Assembly (NCBI GenBank): GCA_013204025.1
Contig: JABMOW010000126.1
Span: 4,399 to 68,398, forward strand
Source: Fidelibacterota bacterium
GTDB taxonomy: Bacteria > Fidelibacterota > Marinisomatia > SCGC-AAA003-L08 > JACNLC01
Direction of reading: 5' to 3'
DNA length: 64,000 nt
Shown: piece by piece, positions 1 to 9,222 of the stretch
How the letters are laid out: every line of letters starts with the position of its first letter
Position numbering within the stretch: position 1 is the stretch's first letter
Notes under the pieces: generated by a model
What the model saw: only the letters and a program-made list of their open reading frames with translations
Database searches by the model: none
What the model was told of the DNA's origin: nothing
Program-made: the position numbers and the translations under genes

Positions 1-1
1 T

Positions 2-889
2 GTGGTGACAAATCTGGAAGACCGAATTAAAATCAATCCTGATTATCAGCATTCTCTGGCTGGATGGATTAAGACAGATAACGGAAGTGACGTAACTATC
101 ACAATCCGGTATTATTCCTCCAGGTCCTCTTCAGGAATTCTTGGATCAGGATCTGTCCACACTGGGATAACTGGTGATACAGATTGGCAATTTTATTACA
201 CTAACTTAACGATTCCTGCGAATGCCAATTACTTTGATATCCGCCTGGATAGTAATATGCCAGATTCGGGAGAGGCACTTTCGTGGTTCGATGATGTCTC
301 GGTGATTCAATGGACAGACTGGTTCCCTGAATCTGAAGCAGATTATGTGTTTAATCCCAACGATTACTACTTTCTTCAGTTACAGGGACAATCTGTGGGA
401 TTGGATCCTTTAGTTACTTTCACTGAAAGTGTTTACGGACCTGCACCACCATGTTCACCTGATTTCACTACTGAAATCACTGGCGGATTAAATCCGTTAA
501 TCGTACCATTTTTTGATATCAGTGACGGCCTTGTCGGTTGGTGGGAATGGGATTTCGGCGATGGCGAAACCAGTTTCGATGAGAATCCGGTGCATACTTA
601 TACTTCAGATGGGAATTACACAGTATCCCTGAATATTTTTGATTATACAGGGAATGTGATCAGCGAAGCAAAATCAGATTACATCCATGTGATATCGGAA
701 TTATTACCCGGAGATGTGAATTTTGATTTTGACCAGAATATTCTCGATATTGTGATCATGGTCAACATTATCGTTGGTGAATATCCAAATCCGCCTGAAG
801 CCGTGCTTGAGATTGGGGATATTACCGGTGATGGGGTGATCAATGTTTTGGATATTATTTTATTGATCAATATTATTTTGGAAGATTAA
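2..889 (+). CDS. Secreted protein, 5'-truncated by the window edge: carbohydrate-binding-like beta-sandwich + PKD domain + C-terminal dockerin-like module
   Basis: The frame is open to the window edge, so the true start lies upstream. There is a PKD signature at aa ~150-232 (WEWDFGDGETSFDENPVHTYTSDGNYTVSL). The last ~59 aa (nt 710-886) form two EF-hand-like dockerin segments: GDVNFDFDQNILDIVIMVNIIVG and GDITGDGVINVLDIILLINIILED. Confidence 0.75.
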   Translation: MVTNLEDRIKINPDYQHSLAGWIKTDNGSDVTITIRYYSSRSSSGILGSGSVHTGITGDTDWQFYYTNLTIPANANYFDIRLDSNMPDSGEALSWFDDVSVIQWTDWFPESEADYVFNPNDYYFLQLQGQSVGLDPLVTFTESVYGPAPPCSPDFTTEITGGLNPLIVPFFDISDGLVGWWEWDFGDGETSFDENPVHTYTSDGNYTVSLNIFDYTGNVISEAKSDYIHVISELLPGDVNFDFDQNILDIVIMVNIIVGEYPNPPEAVLEIGDITGDGVINVLDIILLINIILED

Positions 890-892
890 ATA

Positions 893-2056
893 CTATCCCT
901 CGGTAGTCTCTAGACGAATATCGAACTTCCGTTGTTTTGCTTCGGCAATAAACGTACTACCTTTCATCGCATTTTCAACAGGGATGACGCCCTTCTCCAG
1001 CTTACCCTGTGCTGCATGGATTAACATGATTGACGCATGCCAACCTGTCCATTTTTCCATGGCGGAAAAGCCCGTTTCTTGATCGGAATATTCAATTGAA
1101 TTGATAGTCACCGTTTTAGGACTTCCCTGATGATTCCCGGTGGCTCGGACTCTCATCAAACAGATATCTTCTACCCTGCCATGATCCAGCTGGGGTTCAA
1201 GTAGCTGATGATAAAATTCGCGAGGAGTAATCTCTTGTCCTTGAAATGGCACTGGATTTTCACTGAACAAACCCAATTGTCGAAAGCCTTTCATCCACTC
1301 CCAATGACCGGGATACCTCAACGTTTTATTTTCAAGTGTAAGTATCTTTCCTTCAAAAGTCCAGGGCATGGTGGACAATCCACCTGAGGTAACTGCAGCC
1401 TCGAGGATTCCAATGGGTTCTGGGAATTCCAAAGTCTCTATTCTTTCAAAACAGGGGACTTGCGTAATCTTTCCCTGATCCAGAAAAAATGCGCTCCCAT
1501 CATATTCGTTGGTCAATCCGTTGATATTAAAGAACAGAGAATAGTTCCATGGTGGTGTGGGTTTTTGGGGTAATCCACCGTCCCATATGGATACATGTTC
1601 TGGTGAATCCATTTGCTCCATTGCAGCGATCGCCAGAGTGATATTCATTCCGGGACCCATCCCACATTCAGGGACAATTGTAATTCCTGTTTCTTTCGCT
1701 TGGCCAGACATTGCGATTTGTTTCCGGGCATTATTCGTATGACCACCCAGATCTACCATATGGGTTCGGGTCTGGATGGCAATTTCTGTCAGCTTTGGTA
1801 AATATTTATAAGGGACGGCGGCTAGTATAGCATCCACATCGCGGAATTCTGATGCAAGATTGTCCTCTGATGTCACATCCACAACTTTTCCAGATACAAT
1901 CTGTGTATCTAGTAGCGAATTCAATTTTTGCACACCGTTTGAAACCGTATCAGGGCGATTATCCATGAGAATGATTTCATCCGCACCACCAAACCGTGCG
2001 ATATCATATGCGGAAGCCAGTCCCTGTCTTCCGGTTCCAAGAATTGCATATCTCAT
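893..2056 (-). CDS. Saccharopine dehydrogenase family NAD(P)-dependent oxidoreductase (lysine 6-dehydrogenase-like)
   Basis: 387-aa ORF with the N-terminal Rossmann motif AILGTGRQG. Its length and layout fit the Sacchrp_dh NADP-binding plus C-terminal domain family. The substrate cannot be assigned. Confidence 0.75.
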   Translation of the reverse strand: MRYAILGTGRQGLASAYDIARFGGADEIILMDNRPDTVSNGVQKLNSLLDTQIVSGKVVDVTSEDNLASEFRDVDAILAAVPYKYLPKLTEIAIQTRTHMVDLGGHTNNARKQIAMSGQAKETGITIVPECGMGPGMNITLAIAAMEQMDSPEHVSIWDGGLPQKPTPPWNYSLFFNINGLTNEYDGSAFFLDQGKITQVPCFERIETLEFPEPIGILEAAVTSGGLSTMPWTFEGKILTLENKTLRYPGHWEWMKGFRQLGLFSENPVPFQGQEITPREFYHQLLEPQLDHGRVEDICLMRVRATGNHQGSPKTVTINSIEYSDQETGFSAMEKWTGWHASIMLIHAAQGKLEKGVIPVENAMKGSTFIAEAKQRKFDIRLETTEG

Positions 2057-2074
2057 AATGTACTCACCTTTTGT

Positions 2075-2638
2075 TTATCGATAGTTAATTCCACCGGCTT
2101 CTTTAAATGCTCTTGCAATTTCATACCCCACCACACCGGTTGCAACTGAAACATTCAGACTTTGCTTGATCCCAAACATAGGAATTTCTACGGTAGTGTG
2201 ACACAGTTTTAATAATTCTTCGGTCACACCGGTTACCTCATTGCCCACCACAAAACAGGTGGGAAACTCCCATTGCATTTCATAAATCGATTGTGAGGAA
2301 ATTGTCTGTTCGATGCCAACTAATTGAATCCCTCTGGATTTTATCATTTCTGCCGCAACTAGAGGGTCCTCAAATTGCTCCCAGGGAGTAGACTCTTCTG
2401 CACCCAACGCCACTTTGTGGAGATCGTCACGGGGAGGATATGCCGTATAGCCGGTGAGATATATTTTTTCGGCGCCGAAACCGTCTGCAGAACGAAAGAT
2501 CGAACCTACATTATGGACTGATCGTACGTTTTCAACTAAAATACTGACGGGGATTCGCACCAGTTCCAGCAATTCACTTTTTGTGGGCCTGGCGGCTTTT
2601 AATTCATCATTGGTTCGTTTCAGGCGGCTGGGATTCAA
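2075..2638 (-). CDS. TrmH/SpoU family RNA 2'-O-methyltransferase
   Basis: 187-aa ORF with SpoU-type motifs: HNVGSIFRSADGFG, VVGNEVTGV and IPMFGIKQSLNVSVATGV. Confidence 0.85.
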   Translation of the reverse strand: MNPSRLKRTNDELKAARPTKSELLELVRIPVSILVENVRSVHNVGSIFRSADGFGAEKIYLTGYTAYPPRDDLHKVALGAEESTPWEQFEDPLVAAEMIKSRGIQLVGIEQTISSQSIYEMQWEFPTCFVVGNEVTGVTEELLKLCHTTVEIPMFGIKQSLNVSVATGVVGYEIARAFKEAGGINYR

Positions 2639-2651
2639 TTTCGAAAATGAG

Positions 2652-3425
2652 TTACTGATTTGTTGGTGTAAAGATTTCAGGTTCGTGAATTTTGGTAAAT
2701 GAATAATCAGTAATATTTATCACAATGTCCTGTCTTTTTTTCCTTTGGTGCACTTCAACCGTCCCGTACACAAATTTACCGTCAATTTCTTTTACTTCAG
2801 TGCATTCAGCCGTTTTGATTTCCCGGTCACGATTATCCAGAATCACAACCCGCATGATTAAAAATCTCTCTGGATCAATCCATAAACGTTTGGTTTCTCT
2901 ATTCTTGGGACGACTGGTTGTGTCCTGCAATTCGATGATCACCATCTCTCGACCAAGGAGGCTATCTAATCCCACTACCAAGTGGTTTTGATCTTCAATC
3001 ATTTGAGGCGTGAGCTCCAGTTCAGAAAAATCAAATCCGCTTTTCTTGATAGTTTTATAGACAGACTTTTTGAATTCTTTCAATTTCCCTGTCACAGGAA
3101 GTGTCCGCCATCTCTTTCTTGACTGATCTGAAAAACGGTGTTCCCAAAACACAACACCTTTCATTTCCGATGGAAGCAAATAGTCAATTCGTATGGATTG
3201 CCTAATATTACCTTCAGACCAACCAACTCGTGTTAAGAATTTACGATGGGTGTCCGGTTTTCCAATTTGAGATTGTTCCATTTCAATGACATACGAAAGG
3301 TCGATATTTTCCATTCGCTTCATTACATTGGTTAGCAGTTGTACAGAATTTGTAGAATCTTCTCCGCCCCATATCATTCCAAAGTTTGCGACAATACAAA
3401 TCACTAATAATAAATTCGTTTTCAT
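2652..3425 (-). CDS. Secreted hypothetical protein, LolA-like / outer-membrane lipoprotein-sorting-like (tentative)
   Basis: 257-aa ORF with an N-terminal signal peptide (MKTNLLLVICIVANFGMIWG). Its size and sequence pattern resemble LolA_like sorting proteins. This assignment has not been verified. Confidence 0.45.
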   Translation of the reverse strand: MKTNLLLVICIVANFGMIWGGEDSTNSVQLLTNVMKRMENIDLSYVIEMEQSQIGKPDTHRKFLTRVGWSEGNIRQSIRIDYLLPSEMKGVVFWEHRFSDQSRKRWRTLPVTGKLKEFKKSVYKTIKKSGFDFSELELTPQMIEDQNHLVVGLDSLLGREMVIIELQDTTSRPKNRETKRLWIDPERFLIMRVVILDNRDREIKTAECTEVKEIDGKFVYGTVEVHQRKKRQDIVINITDYSFTKIHEPEIFTPTNQ

Positions 3426-3693
3426 GAAGGTAAATTTAGGCTATCCTGCATGTTAATTTTGAGTGTACGTTTAGTGAATATTTTATCCTTTTCCTAAAGG
3501 CTTTATATCCATAGAATTATTAAATTAAGTTTCCATTTAAAAGAAATTCAGATGAAAATAATAAATTCTCTGTCCGAAAATGCTAACGAATTGCTAATGG
3601 CATGTATTGAGCAATTCCACAAGCTCATTATATCACCGCTCGATTGGCTCTGGCTGTCACGTGTCAAGACACTAAGAACTAAATGCTGTAATA

Positions 3694-4359
3694 ATGTGCG
3701 GTAGAAAAACACTCACGAAAGGTAAAATTGAGATCATTGAAGAACTCTCTGTGGATGACTGGGATGAAGAATTTGTACCCAGCTATAATATTGCTCCTAC
3801 CCAAATGGCTCCGGTTCTGACTTGGAGGAATCACCACAGAGTGGTCAAATCTATGAAATGGGGATTGATACCATCATGGTCAAAAGATATGTCCTTCGCG
3901 TCCAAAATGATCAATGCAAGAAGTGAAACATTAACAATAAAGCCCGCATTTCGAAATTTAATTTCACGTCAACGGGGGATTGCGATTACTGATGGATACT
4001 ATGAATGGCAGAAAACGCCATCTGGGAATATCCCTTATTATATCCACCGAAGTGATGGAAAATTGCTACTATTAGCAGCTCTTTGGGATACCTGGGTCAC
4101 TCCCGAAAAAGTCCTCATGTTTTCCTATACAATCATCACCAATCAGGCTTCACTGGCACTAAAGACAATTCATGATCGGATGCCGGTGGTGATCAATCCC
4201 GATGAAATGATGATCTGGCTAAACGCAGAACAAAATTCGCAGGTTTTGGCGCTTCGATTATTACAAGCAAATGATACAGGAATCACATCCTACCCCGTAT
4301 CTTCATTTGTGAACAATGTTAGGAGTAATTCACCCGAATGTATAAATCCACTCAAATGA
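3694..4359 (+). CDS. SOS response-associated peptidase (SRAP/YedK family, abasic-site processing protein)
   Basis: 221-aa ORF starting MCGR, which includes the catalytic Cys2 of the SRAP family. The length is typical for the family and conserved blocks are present (YNIAPTQ, MINARSET, PFYI-like). Confidence 0.9.
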   Translation: MCGRKTLTKGKIEIIEELSVDDWDEEFVPSYNIAPTQMAPVLTWRNHHRVVKSMKWGLIPSWSKDMSFASKMINARSETLTIKPAFRNLISRQRGIAITDGYYEWQKTPSGNIPYYIHRSDGKLLLLAALWDTWVTPEKVLMFSYTIITNQASLALKTIHDRMPVVINPDEMMIWLNAEQNSQVLALRLLQANDTGITSYPVSSFVNNVRSNSPECINPLK

Positions 4360-5627
4360 CAAACTCACCAATTATTTATGAAATTTTCCCCCGTAATCAT
4401 GGACCTAGAGGTACTTTTGCGGACATTATTGATGACCTTCCCCGTATCCGGAATTTAGGTGTGGATATCATCTGGCTCATGCCCATTCACCCTATCGGCG
4501 TGTTACATCGAAAGGGAAAAGATGGTTGCCCCTATGCCATTCAGGATTACCTGAAAATTCACGACGATCTGGGGACGGTGGAGCAGTTTTCTGAATTGAT
4601 CCGGCAAACCCACAACCTCGGTATGAAACTCATTCTGGATATGGTGTTCAATCACACGTCACCGGATTCACGACTGCGATCCGAACACCCAGAATATTTT
4701 TACAAAAATGACGCTGGTGAAATTTCGACTAAAGTCCCTGAATGGAGCGATGTCATCGATCTTGATTATTCCCATCGCAATCTGTGGGATGAACAAACGA
4801 ATGTATTGAAATACTGGACATCTCTGGGTGTCGACGGTTTCCGATGTGATGTAGCGCCTATAATTCCCGTGGCGTTTTGGGAGTTCGCACGTCAGAATGT
4901 TGATCCTGAACACAAACAAGTTTGGATCGCAGAGAGTGTTCATCTGTCATTCGTTCAGGAGTTGAGAGGACAAGGTTTTAATTGCCATAGCGACGCTGAA
5001 CTTCATCCCGTTTTCGATTTTACCTATGATTACGACGCGTTTGGATTTTTAGAACAATGGTTCCATGATCGTTCACCATTAAAACCCTGGATCGATTATC
5101 TCAATATTCAATCTTCTCTTTATCCGGATTGTGCACAAAAACTTCGGTTCCTCGAAAATCACGACTGCCAACGAATCGCTTCCCGACTGAAATCGATAGA
5201 TCAACTGAAAAATTGGACTCTACTCATGTTCTTACTTTCCGGTGCCAAACTGGTTTATGCGGGGCAGGAGTTTGGGTTCATGCATCTACCCAGTTTGTTT
5301 GAAAAGGATACTATTGATTGGTCTTTTAGCAATGAGGATTTTCACCAATTTTTTGAAATGGTTTTGAACTTTACCTCACATCATAAGCCGGATAAAAATC
5401 GTTTTCATATCAATCAAATTAGTGAAACACTGATTGAAATAAAATGGATAAGCAATGGAGAGTTTATCAGTTTTCTGAATCTGGCTCCTGACGAATGTAT
5501 GTTCACATCCCCGTATGAAATTACCGGCACGAATGTGTTTAGTGAAGAGAAACTGACATTATCAGTCGGTGATCCCATTCAGAAATTTCCATTCGTTATT
5601 CGGTCGGATTCACCAGTTGTAGAATAG
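4338..5627 (+). CDS. GH13 alpha-amylase family glycoside hydrolase
   Basis: All four GH13 conserved regions are visible: DMVFNHTS, GVDGFRCDVA, WIAES and FLENHD. An alternative in-frame start at 4356 forms an ATGA overlap with the stop of the upstream gene. Confidence 0.9.
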   Translation: MYKSTQMTNSPIIYEIFPRNHGPRGTFADIIDDLPRIRNLGVDIIWLMPIHPIGVLHRKGKDGCPYAIQDYLKIHDDLGTVEQFSELIRQTHNLGMKLILDMVFNHTSPDSRLRSEHPEYFYKNDAGEISTKVPEWSDVIDLDYSHRNLWDEQTNVLKYWTSLGVDGFRCDVAPIIPVAFWEFARQNVDPEHKQVWIAESVHLSFVQELRGQGFNCHSDAELHPVFDFTYDYDAFGFLEQWFHDRSPLKPWIDYLNIQSSLYPDCAQKLRFLENHDCQRIASRLKSIDQLKNWTLLMFLLSGAKLVYAGQEFGFMHLPSLFEKDTIDWSFSNEDFHQFFEMVLNFTSHHKPDKNRFHINQISETLIEIKWISNGEFISFLNLAPDECMFTSPYEITGTNVFSEEKLTLSVGDPIQKFPFVIRSDSPVVE

Positions 5628-5658
5628 ACGTACTACTGATTCCTAATATGATTTCTTG

Positions 5659-6225
5659 TCATGCATCCGATTCACCTTGTCGCCAAAGCGTATCCACAGC
5701 CCATTGCTCTGCAGGTAGATAGATCAGGTCAACTGCCGGGTCTTTCACTTCAGGATACATTGCTGGATCAGCCAGATGTTGTGCCAGGCGTGACTTCAGT
5801 TCTGCATAAGCTTCTGCTGTAGCTGGATGTTGACGCAGATAATCCCGGAACAGTAATGCATATCTCTGATTTGCCCGTCCCTGTTTCCGAATGTGGATAT
5901 GTGTTCTGCGTTGACCGGATGAGGGAAGAAATAACATTTTTTCCCACTCCTCTATCTTATCAGGTGAACCCGGGGGACAATGATCTCTCGTCACCCGTTT
6001 AAGTTGTTTGTACCCCAGAGATGTCATTCCGGTAATAATTTGAGTATCTAATTTTTTCACCGAGATCTGAATGTCAATGACATCTTTTGCTGATAATCCC
6101 GGTACCGAAGTTGAACCGATGTGGTCAATACGCAGGGCGAGTTCCCCCATTCCCTTTCGAAGGTTAAAAGCGATCTCTTGAAATTCATCAGGCCAATCCG
6201 ATTTGTATGGAACAATATCAATCAT
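5659..6225 (-). CDS. GrpB family protein (UPF0157 nucleotidyltransferase-like)
   Basis: 188-aa ORF with the characteristic GrpB block IDHIGSTSVPGLSAKDVIDIQISV and an HxH region (HIHIR). Confidence 0.85.
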   Translation of the reverse strand: MIDIVPYKSDWPDEFQEIAFNLRKGMGELALRIDHIGSTSVPGLSAKDVIDIQISVKKLDTQIITGMTSLGYKQLKRVTRDHCPPGSPDKIEEWEKMLFLPSSGQRRTHIHIRKQGRANQRYALLFRDYLRQHPATAEAYAELKSRLAQHLADPAMYPEVKDPAVDLIYLPAEQWAVDTLWRQGESDA

Positions 6226-6353
6226 TGATTCAAATAGTTAATGAGGTAGTTGTGTTAAAACGTTTAATGATTTTCCATTTTTGTGTGACAGTTAAATTCG
6301 TGAATTCTATGCAAAGTGAGATAGGTGCCAGCTCTACAGGATTGGATTGCAAT

Positions 6354-7115
6354 TTAAAATCTCAATGATAGACAGCTTAAACCACCATCAAGTTTTTGAA
6401 ATTCAGAAACATCAATTTCTTTTACCAAATACCCGGCACTTTCAATGGTTTTTCTGGCTTTTGGATAACCCTCGGGAATCAGTACCCGATCATTCACCCA
6501 AATACAATTTGCGGCGTAATTCTCATCCTCATCTATTTCCAAAATATTGAACTTTTGAAATTCTTCGTTTGAGACAAATTGATCACATGCTACCAAATTG
6601 TTCCGCTCCAAATATGCAACTCCATTCTTCAAATGAAGTACTCTTTCCAACTTGACAACCGACCCACTCATGCTGAATTTTTCCAGATAATCTATGACCT
6701 GTTGGGCACCATTTTCATTCGTCCTCTCTGATAATCCGATATAAAAATGCAATCCTACCATCATGATATCCCCGGCATCTACTCTTCCTGGTTCTTTCAC
6801 TTCTTCGATATCGCGATAGAAATCTACCAACACCTTTTTTATTTCTGTTGTCTCTCCCCTTCGTGAGTCCGCTCCGGGATTGGTTATAATTGCACAGCAT
6901 TTGGTGAGTAAAGCCACATCTTCAACGAAAGTTGAATCAGGATAGCGTTCATCTTCTGCCATGACGAATACGTCTAGCCCACATTCTTTTAAGGCTTTAA
7001 TGCATTCGGCATGCTGATTAAGCGCCTTTTCATGATTGGGGAGTCCTAATTCGGCATTGCTCAATCCTTTTGTCATACTTTTCGCAGGCGTTCTAACGAT
7101 TGCTTTACTGAACAT
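6354..7115 (-). CDS. Dimethylarginine dimethylaminohydrolase / amidinotransferase superfamily enzyme
   Basis: 253-aa ORF. The N-terminus is AIVRTPAKSMTKGL. The C-terminal GGLSCLSLRF carries the catalytic Cys typical of DDAH and arginine-deiminase-fold enzymes. Confidence 0.8.
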   Translation of the reverse strand: MFSKAIVRTPAKSMTKGLSNAELGLPNHEKALNQHAECIKALKECGLDVFVMAEDERYPDSTFVEDVALLTKCCAIITNPGADSRRGETTEIKKVLVDFYRDIEEVKEPGRVDAGDIMMVGLHFYIGLSERTNENGAQQVIDYLEKFSMSGSVVKLERVLHLKNGVAYLERNNLVACDQFVSNEEFQKFNILEIDEDENYAANCIWVNDRVLIPEGYPKARKTIESAGYLVKEIDVSEFQKLDGGLSCLSLRF

Positions 7116-7293
7116 GATTTTCCTTGAATAAATCTGTCGTGAACTATTTGTTTAAATTGAAATCATCTGAAGGATAAGGATTTAACTAAAGGGCTGGCTG
7201 AACTAACCGGATTAAAGTCTAGATAGCAGAAAAGAAACATAAAAAAATTGAATTGCGTTTTGGTGTCCCTATTGAGTGCCTGGTTAGTAAGCT

Positions 7294-7770
7294 TTAAAAT
7301 AATAATTGCACTCCAGTAAATATTGCGGCTGCAACCAATGAGGCAATGACCCCACCAACAAAACCAGCAACTTTGTCAGAGCTAGATTCTTTTATCTTAT
7401 TTACACCTAATACTTCTTTTAAATTACTAGATTCTTCAGCGAGAAGACGTTGAGTTAATTCAAATTTTTCATCGATATTTTCCTTCTCTTTTTGTTTTGA
7501 AATTATATTATTTACAATATTATCCAGTTCTTTTTTCTTGTCCATGAACTCATTCTTTAAATTGTCCACGGAGCTAATTGCATCGTTCAAATGTTCTTTT
7601 GTAGTTTCGATTTGTTCCAACGTTTTTTCATATGAAGTTTCAGGCTCATTTTTTAGTTCAAATTCTAATGGTCTAACTCTAATACGTCGATATTTGACAT
7701 TGACTTTTTTGAGGATTTTAGCAATTAGCTTAATGTAAAGGTCTATGATAGTTATTATATCTGCACTCAT
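7294..7770 (-). CDS. Hypothetical tail-anchored coiled-coil protein
   Basis: 158-aa ORF. A long Lys/Glu/Asn-rich heptad-like region is followed by one C-terminal TM helix (VAGFVGGVIASLVAAAIFTGVQLLF). I recognise no family. Confidence 0.55.
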   Translation of the reverse strand: MSADIITIIDLYIKLIAKILKKVNVKYRRIRVRPLEFELKNEPETSYEKTLEQIETTKEHLNDAISSVDNLKNEFMDKKKELDNIVNNIISKQKEKENIDEKFELTQRLLAEESSNLKEVLGVNKIKESSSDKVAGFVGGVIASLVAAAIFTGVQLLF

Positions 7771-7923
7771 ATTTTATATCCTTTCTTCAAGCTAGCGAAC
7801 GAGATCAGCAGCACCCAAGTTATTGTTTCCTCTACGATAAATCTTCATTTTCTCTGTATCAATTCTAAAAATCATGCTAACCAGTTCCTGTATCCGTTGC
7901 GGTAGTAGTTAAGAAGCCAACCA

Positions 7924-8802
7924 TTAATACTTCATGCAAAAGTCTAAGAACTGTTTCCCGAAATCAGTTCGTGATGCCTCTACCGGTGTCTGTTTAGGTG
8001 TTTCAAAGGTGATCGCACCTGAATGCATCACTGACATTACACCCGCAGAACCATCCTGCCATTCGAGGATTCTGCAGGGACCAGAATTTGCTAGATTGTG
8101 TCCCAAATTTGTAAGACCTTTAGCGTCCGAGAGACTAATGCCACCAATAGTAGTTCCCTCGTCACATTTGAGTGCAGTGCTGATATGTGACAATAGCGAA
8201 TGCTGATCTTCACAATCTTCAATACCCGATGGAATCCATCCACCAGCAGTTCCGAGTACTTGATATGCGTCAAGGTGACTACGTACATTGAGAATAATAC
8301 CATCTGGTGTTGTTTCAACATTTGAACTAGGGCTACCTCGATGTACTACAAATGGATCTTGACCATAGACCCAGGTGACAATTGATATTTCTATCGATGT
8401 AGCATTTCTCAGAATTTCCAGATATAATTGTTTTCGCTCAAATGAGTCAGGTTGCAAGAAAGTATAACTAAGTCCGCCTTTTAGCATTTTCAATTTTGTA
8501 TGATTACTTGTTTTTGAGGCTGTATTGAGTGTATCGTGTACAACTTCAATAATCTGGTCTTCTGTTAAGTGCTCTGTTGGTTCAATTCCCTGCGATTCAA
8601 GACGACTGTTGAGACTTGAAAGGATATCGCAAATTCTCTCTATCCGTCTGGATGTCGCGACCTCTCCGATTATTGCAGCGACAGCTCCACCAGCGTAGGG
8701 AATAACATTTAGTAAAGCAACTGTCGCTGCTCTAGCCTTTTCGGATATAGGTGGCTTCGCTAGTGTATCAATAATTAGAGCAATATCACTATTTTTATTC
8801 AT
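7924..8802 (-). CDS. Hypothetical protein (N-terminal Gly/Ala-rich hydrophobic segment, Cys-containing C-terminal domain)
   Basis: 292-aa ORF with ordinary codon structure and no recognisable motifs. It contains the hydrophobic segment ATVALLNVIPYAGGAVAAIIGEV. Confidence 0.6.
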   Translation of the reverse strand: MNKNSDIALIIDTLAKPPISEKARAATVALLNVIPYAGGAVAAIIGEVATSRRIERICDILSSLNSRLESQGIEPTEHLTEDQIIEVVHDTLNTASKTSNHTKLKMLKGGLSYTFLQPDSFERKQLYLEILRNATSIEISIVTWVYGQDPFVVHRGSPSSNVETTPDGIILNVRSHLDAYQVLGTAGGWIPSGIEDCEDQHSLLSHISTALKCDEGTTIGGISLSDAKGLTNLGHNLANSGPCRILEWQDGSAGVMSVMHSGAITFETPKQTPVEASRTDFGKQFLDFCMKY

Positions 8803-8824
8803 ATGTAATATAGGTTATCAACTA

Positions 8825-9058
8825 TTATTTATGACGAATTTTTTGTCGTTTCATTTTCTGTTTATTCTGAATCAATAATCTCAATTTTATTTCGTGTAAA
8901 TTTTCCCTCGTTAACCATGATTCACCACGTTGTTGTGCTTTTATTCGAGTTTTATCTGTATTGTTTAAGATCGAGGTATTTTTGATTGAATATATCCATT
9001 GTCCTAAGGAAATAATAACAATATTACTCATTACCAAACAAATAACCATATACAACAA
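8825..9058 (-). CDS. Small hypothetical membrane protein with a basic C-terminal tail
   Basis: 77-aa ORF lying 22 nt upstream of the 292-aa gene on the same strand. It has an N-terminal TM helix (MLYMVICLVMSNIVIISLGQWIY) and a Lys/Arg-rich tail. It could be spurious. Confidence 0.35.
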   Translation of the reverse strand: MLYMVICLVMSNIVIISLGQWIYSIKNTSILNNTDKTRIKAQQRGESWLTRENLHEIKLRLLIQNKQKMKRQKIRHK

Positions 9059-9134
9059 ACATCGAACGATTCGTTTTCTGACTATAAGTATTCAAGTTTC
9101 TGACGTCTGGGAATAATTTTATATCTGGAACGAA

Positions 9135-9164
9135 AAATCCCCTCCGATTAACCAGAGGGGATTT
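9135..9164 (-). terminator. Rho-independent terminator downstream of the TolB-like gene
   Basis: A perfect 10-bp stem (AAATCCCCTC / GAGGGGATTT) encloses a 10-nt loop. On the minus strand the stem is followed by TTTTT. Confidence 0.8.
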
Positions 9165-9222
9165 AGATATTGAGTCCGTACTTCCTTGAAACGACGGATT
9201 GCCGTTTTATAGTAAGGTGTTA

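Noticed and set aside
3552-3707. 51-aa ORF (MKIINSLSENANELL...) upstream of, and overlapping, the SRAP start
   Set aside because: It has no RBS or motifs, lies in an AT-rich spacer, and overlaps the SRAP start codon out of frame. The evidence is insufficient.
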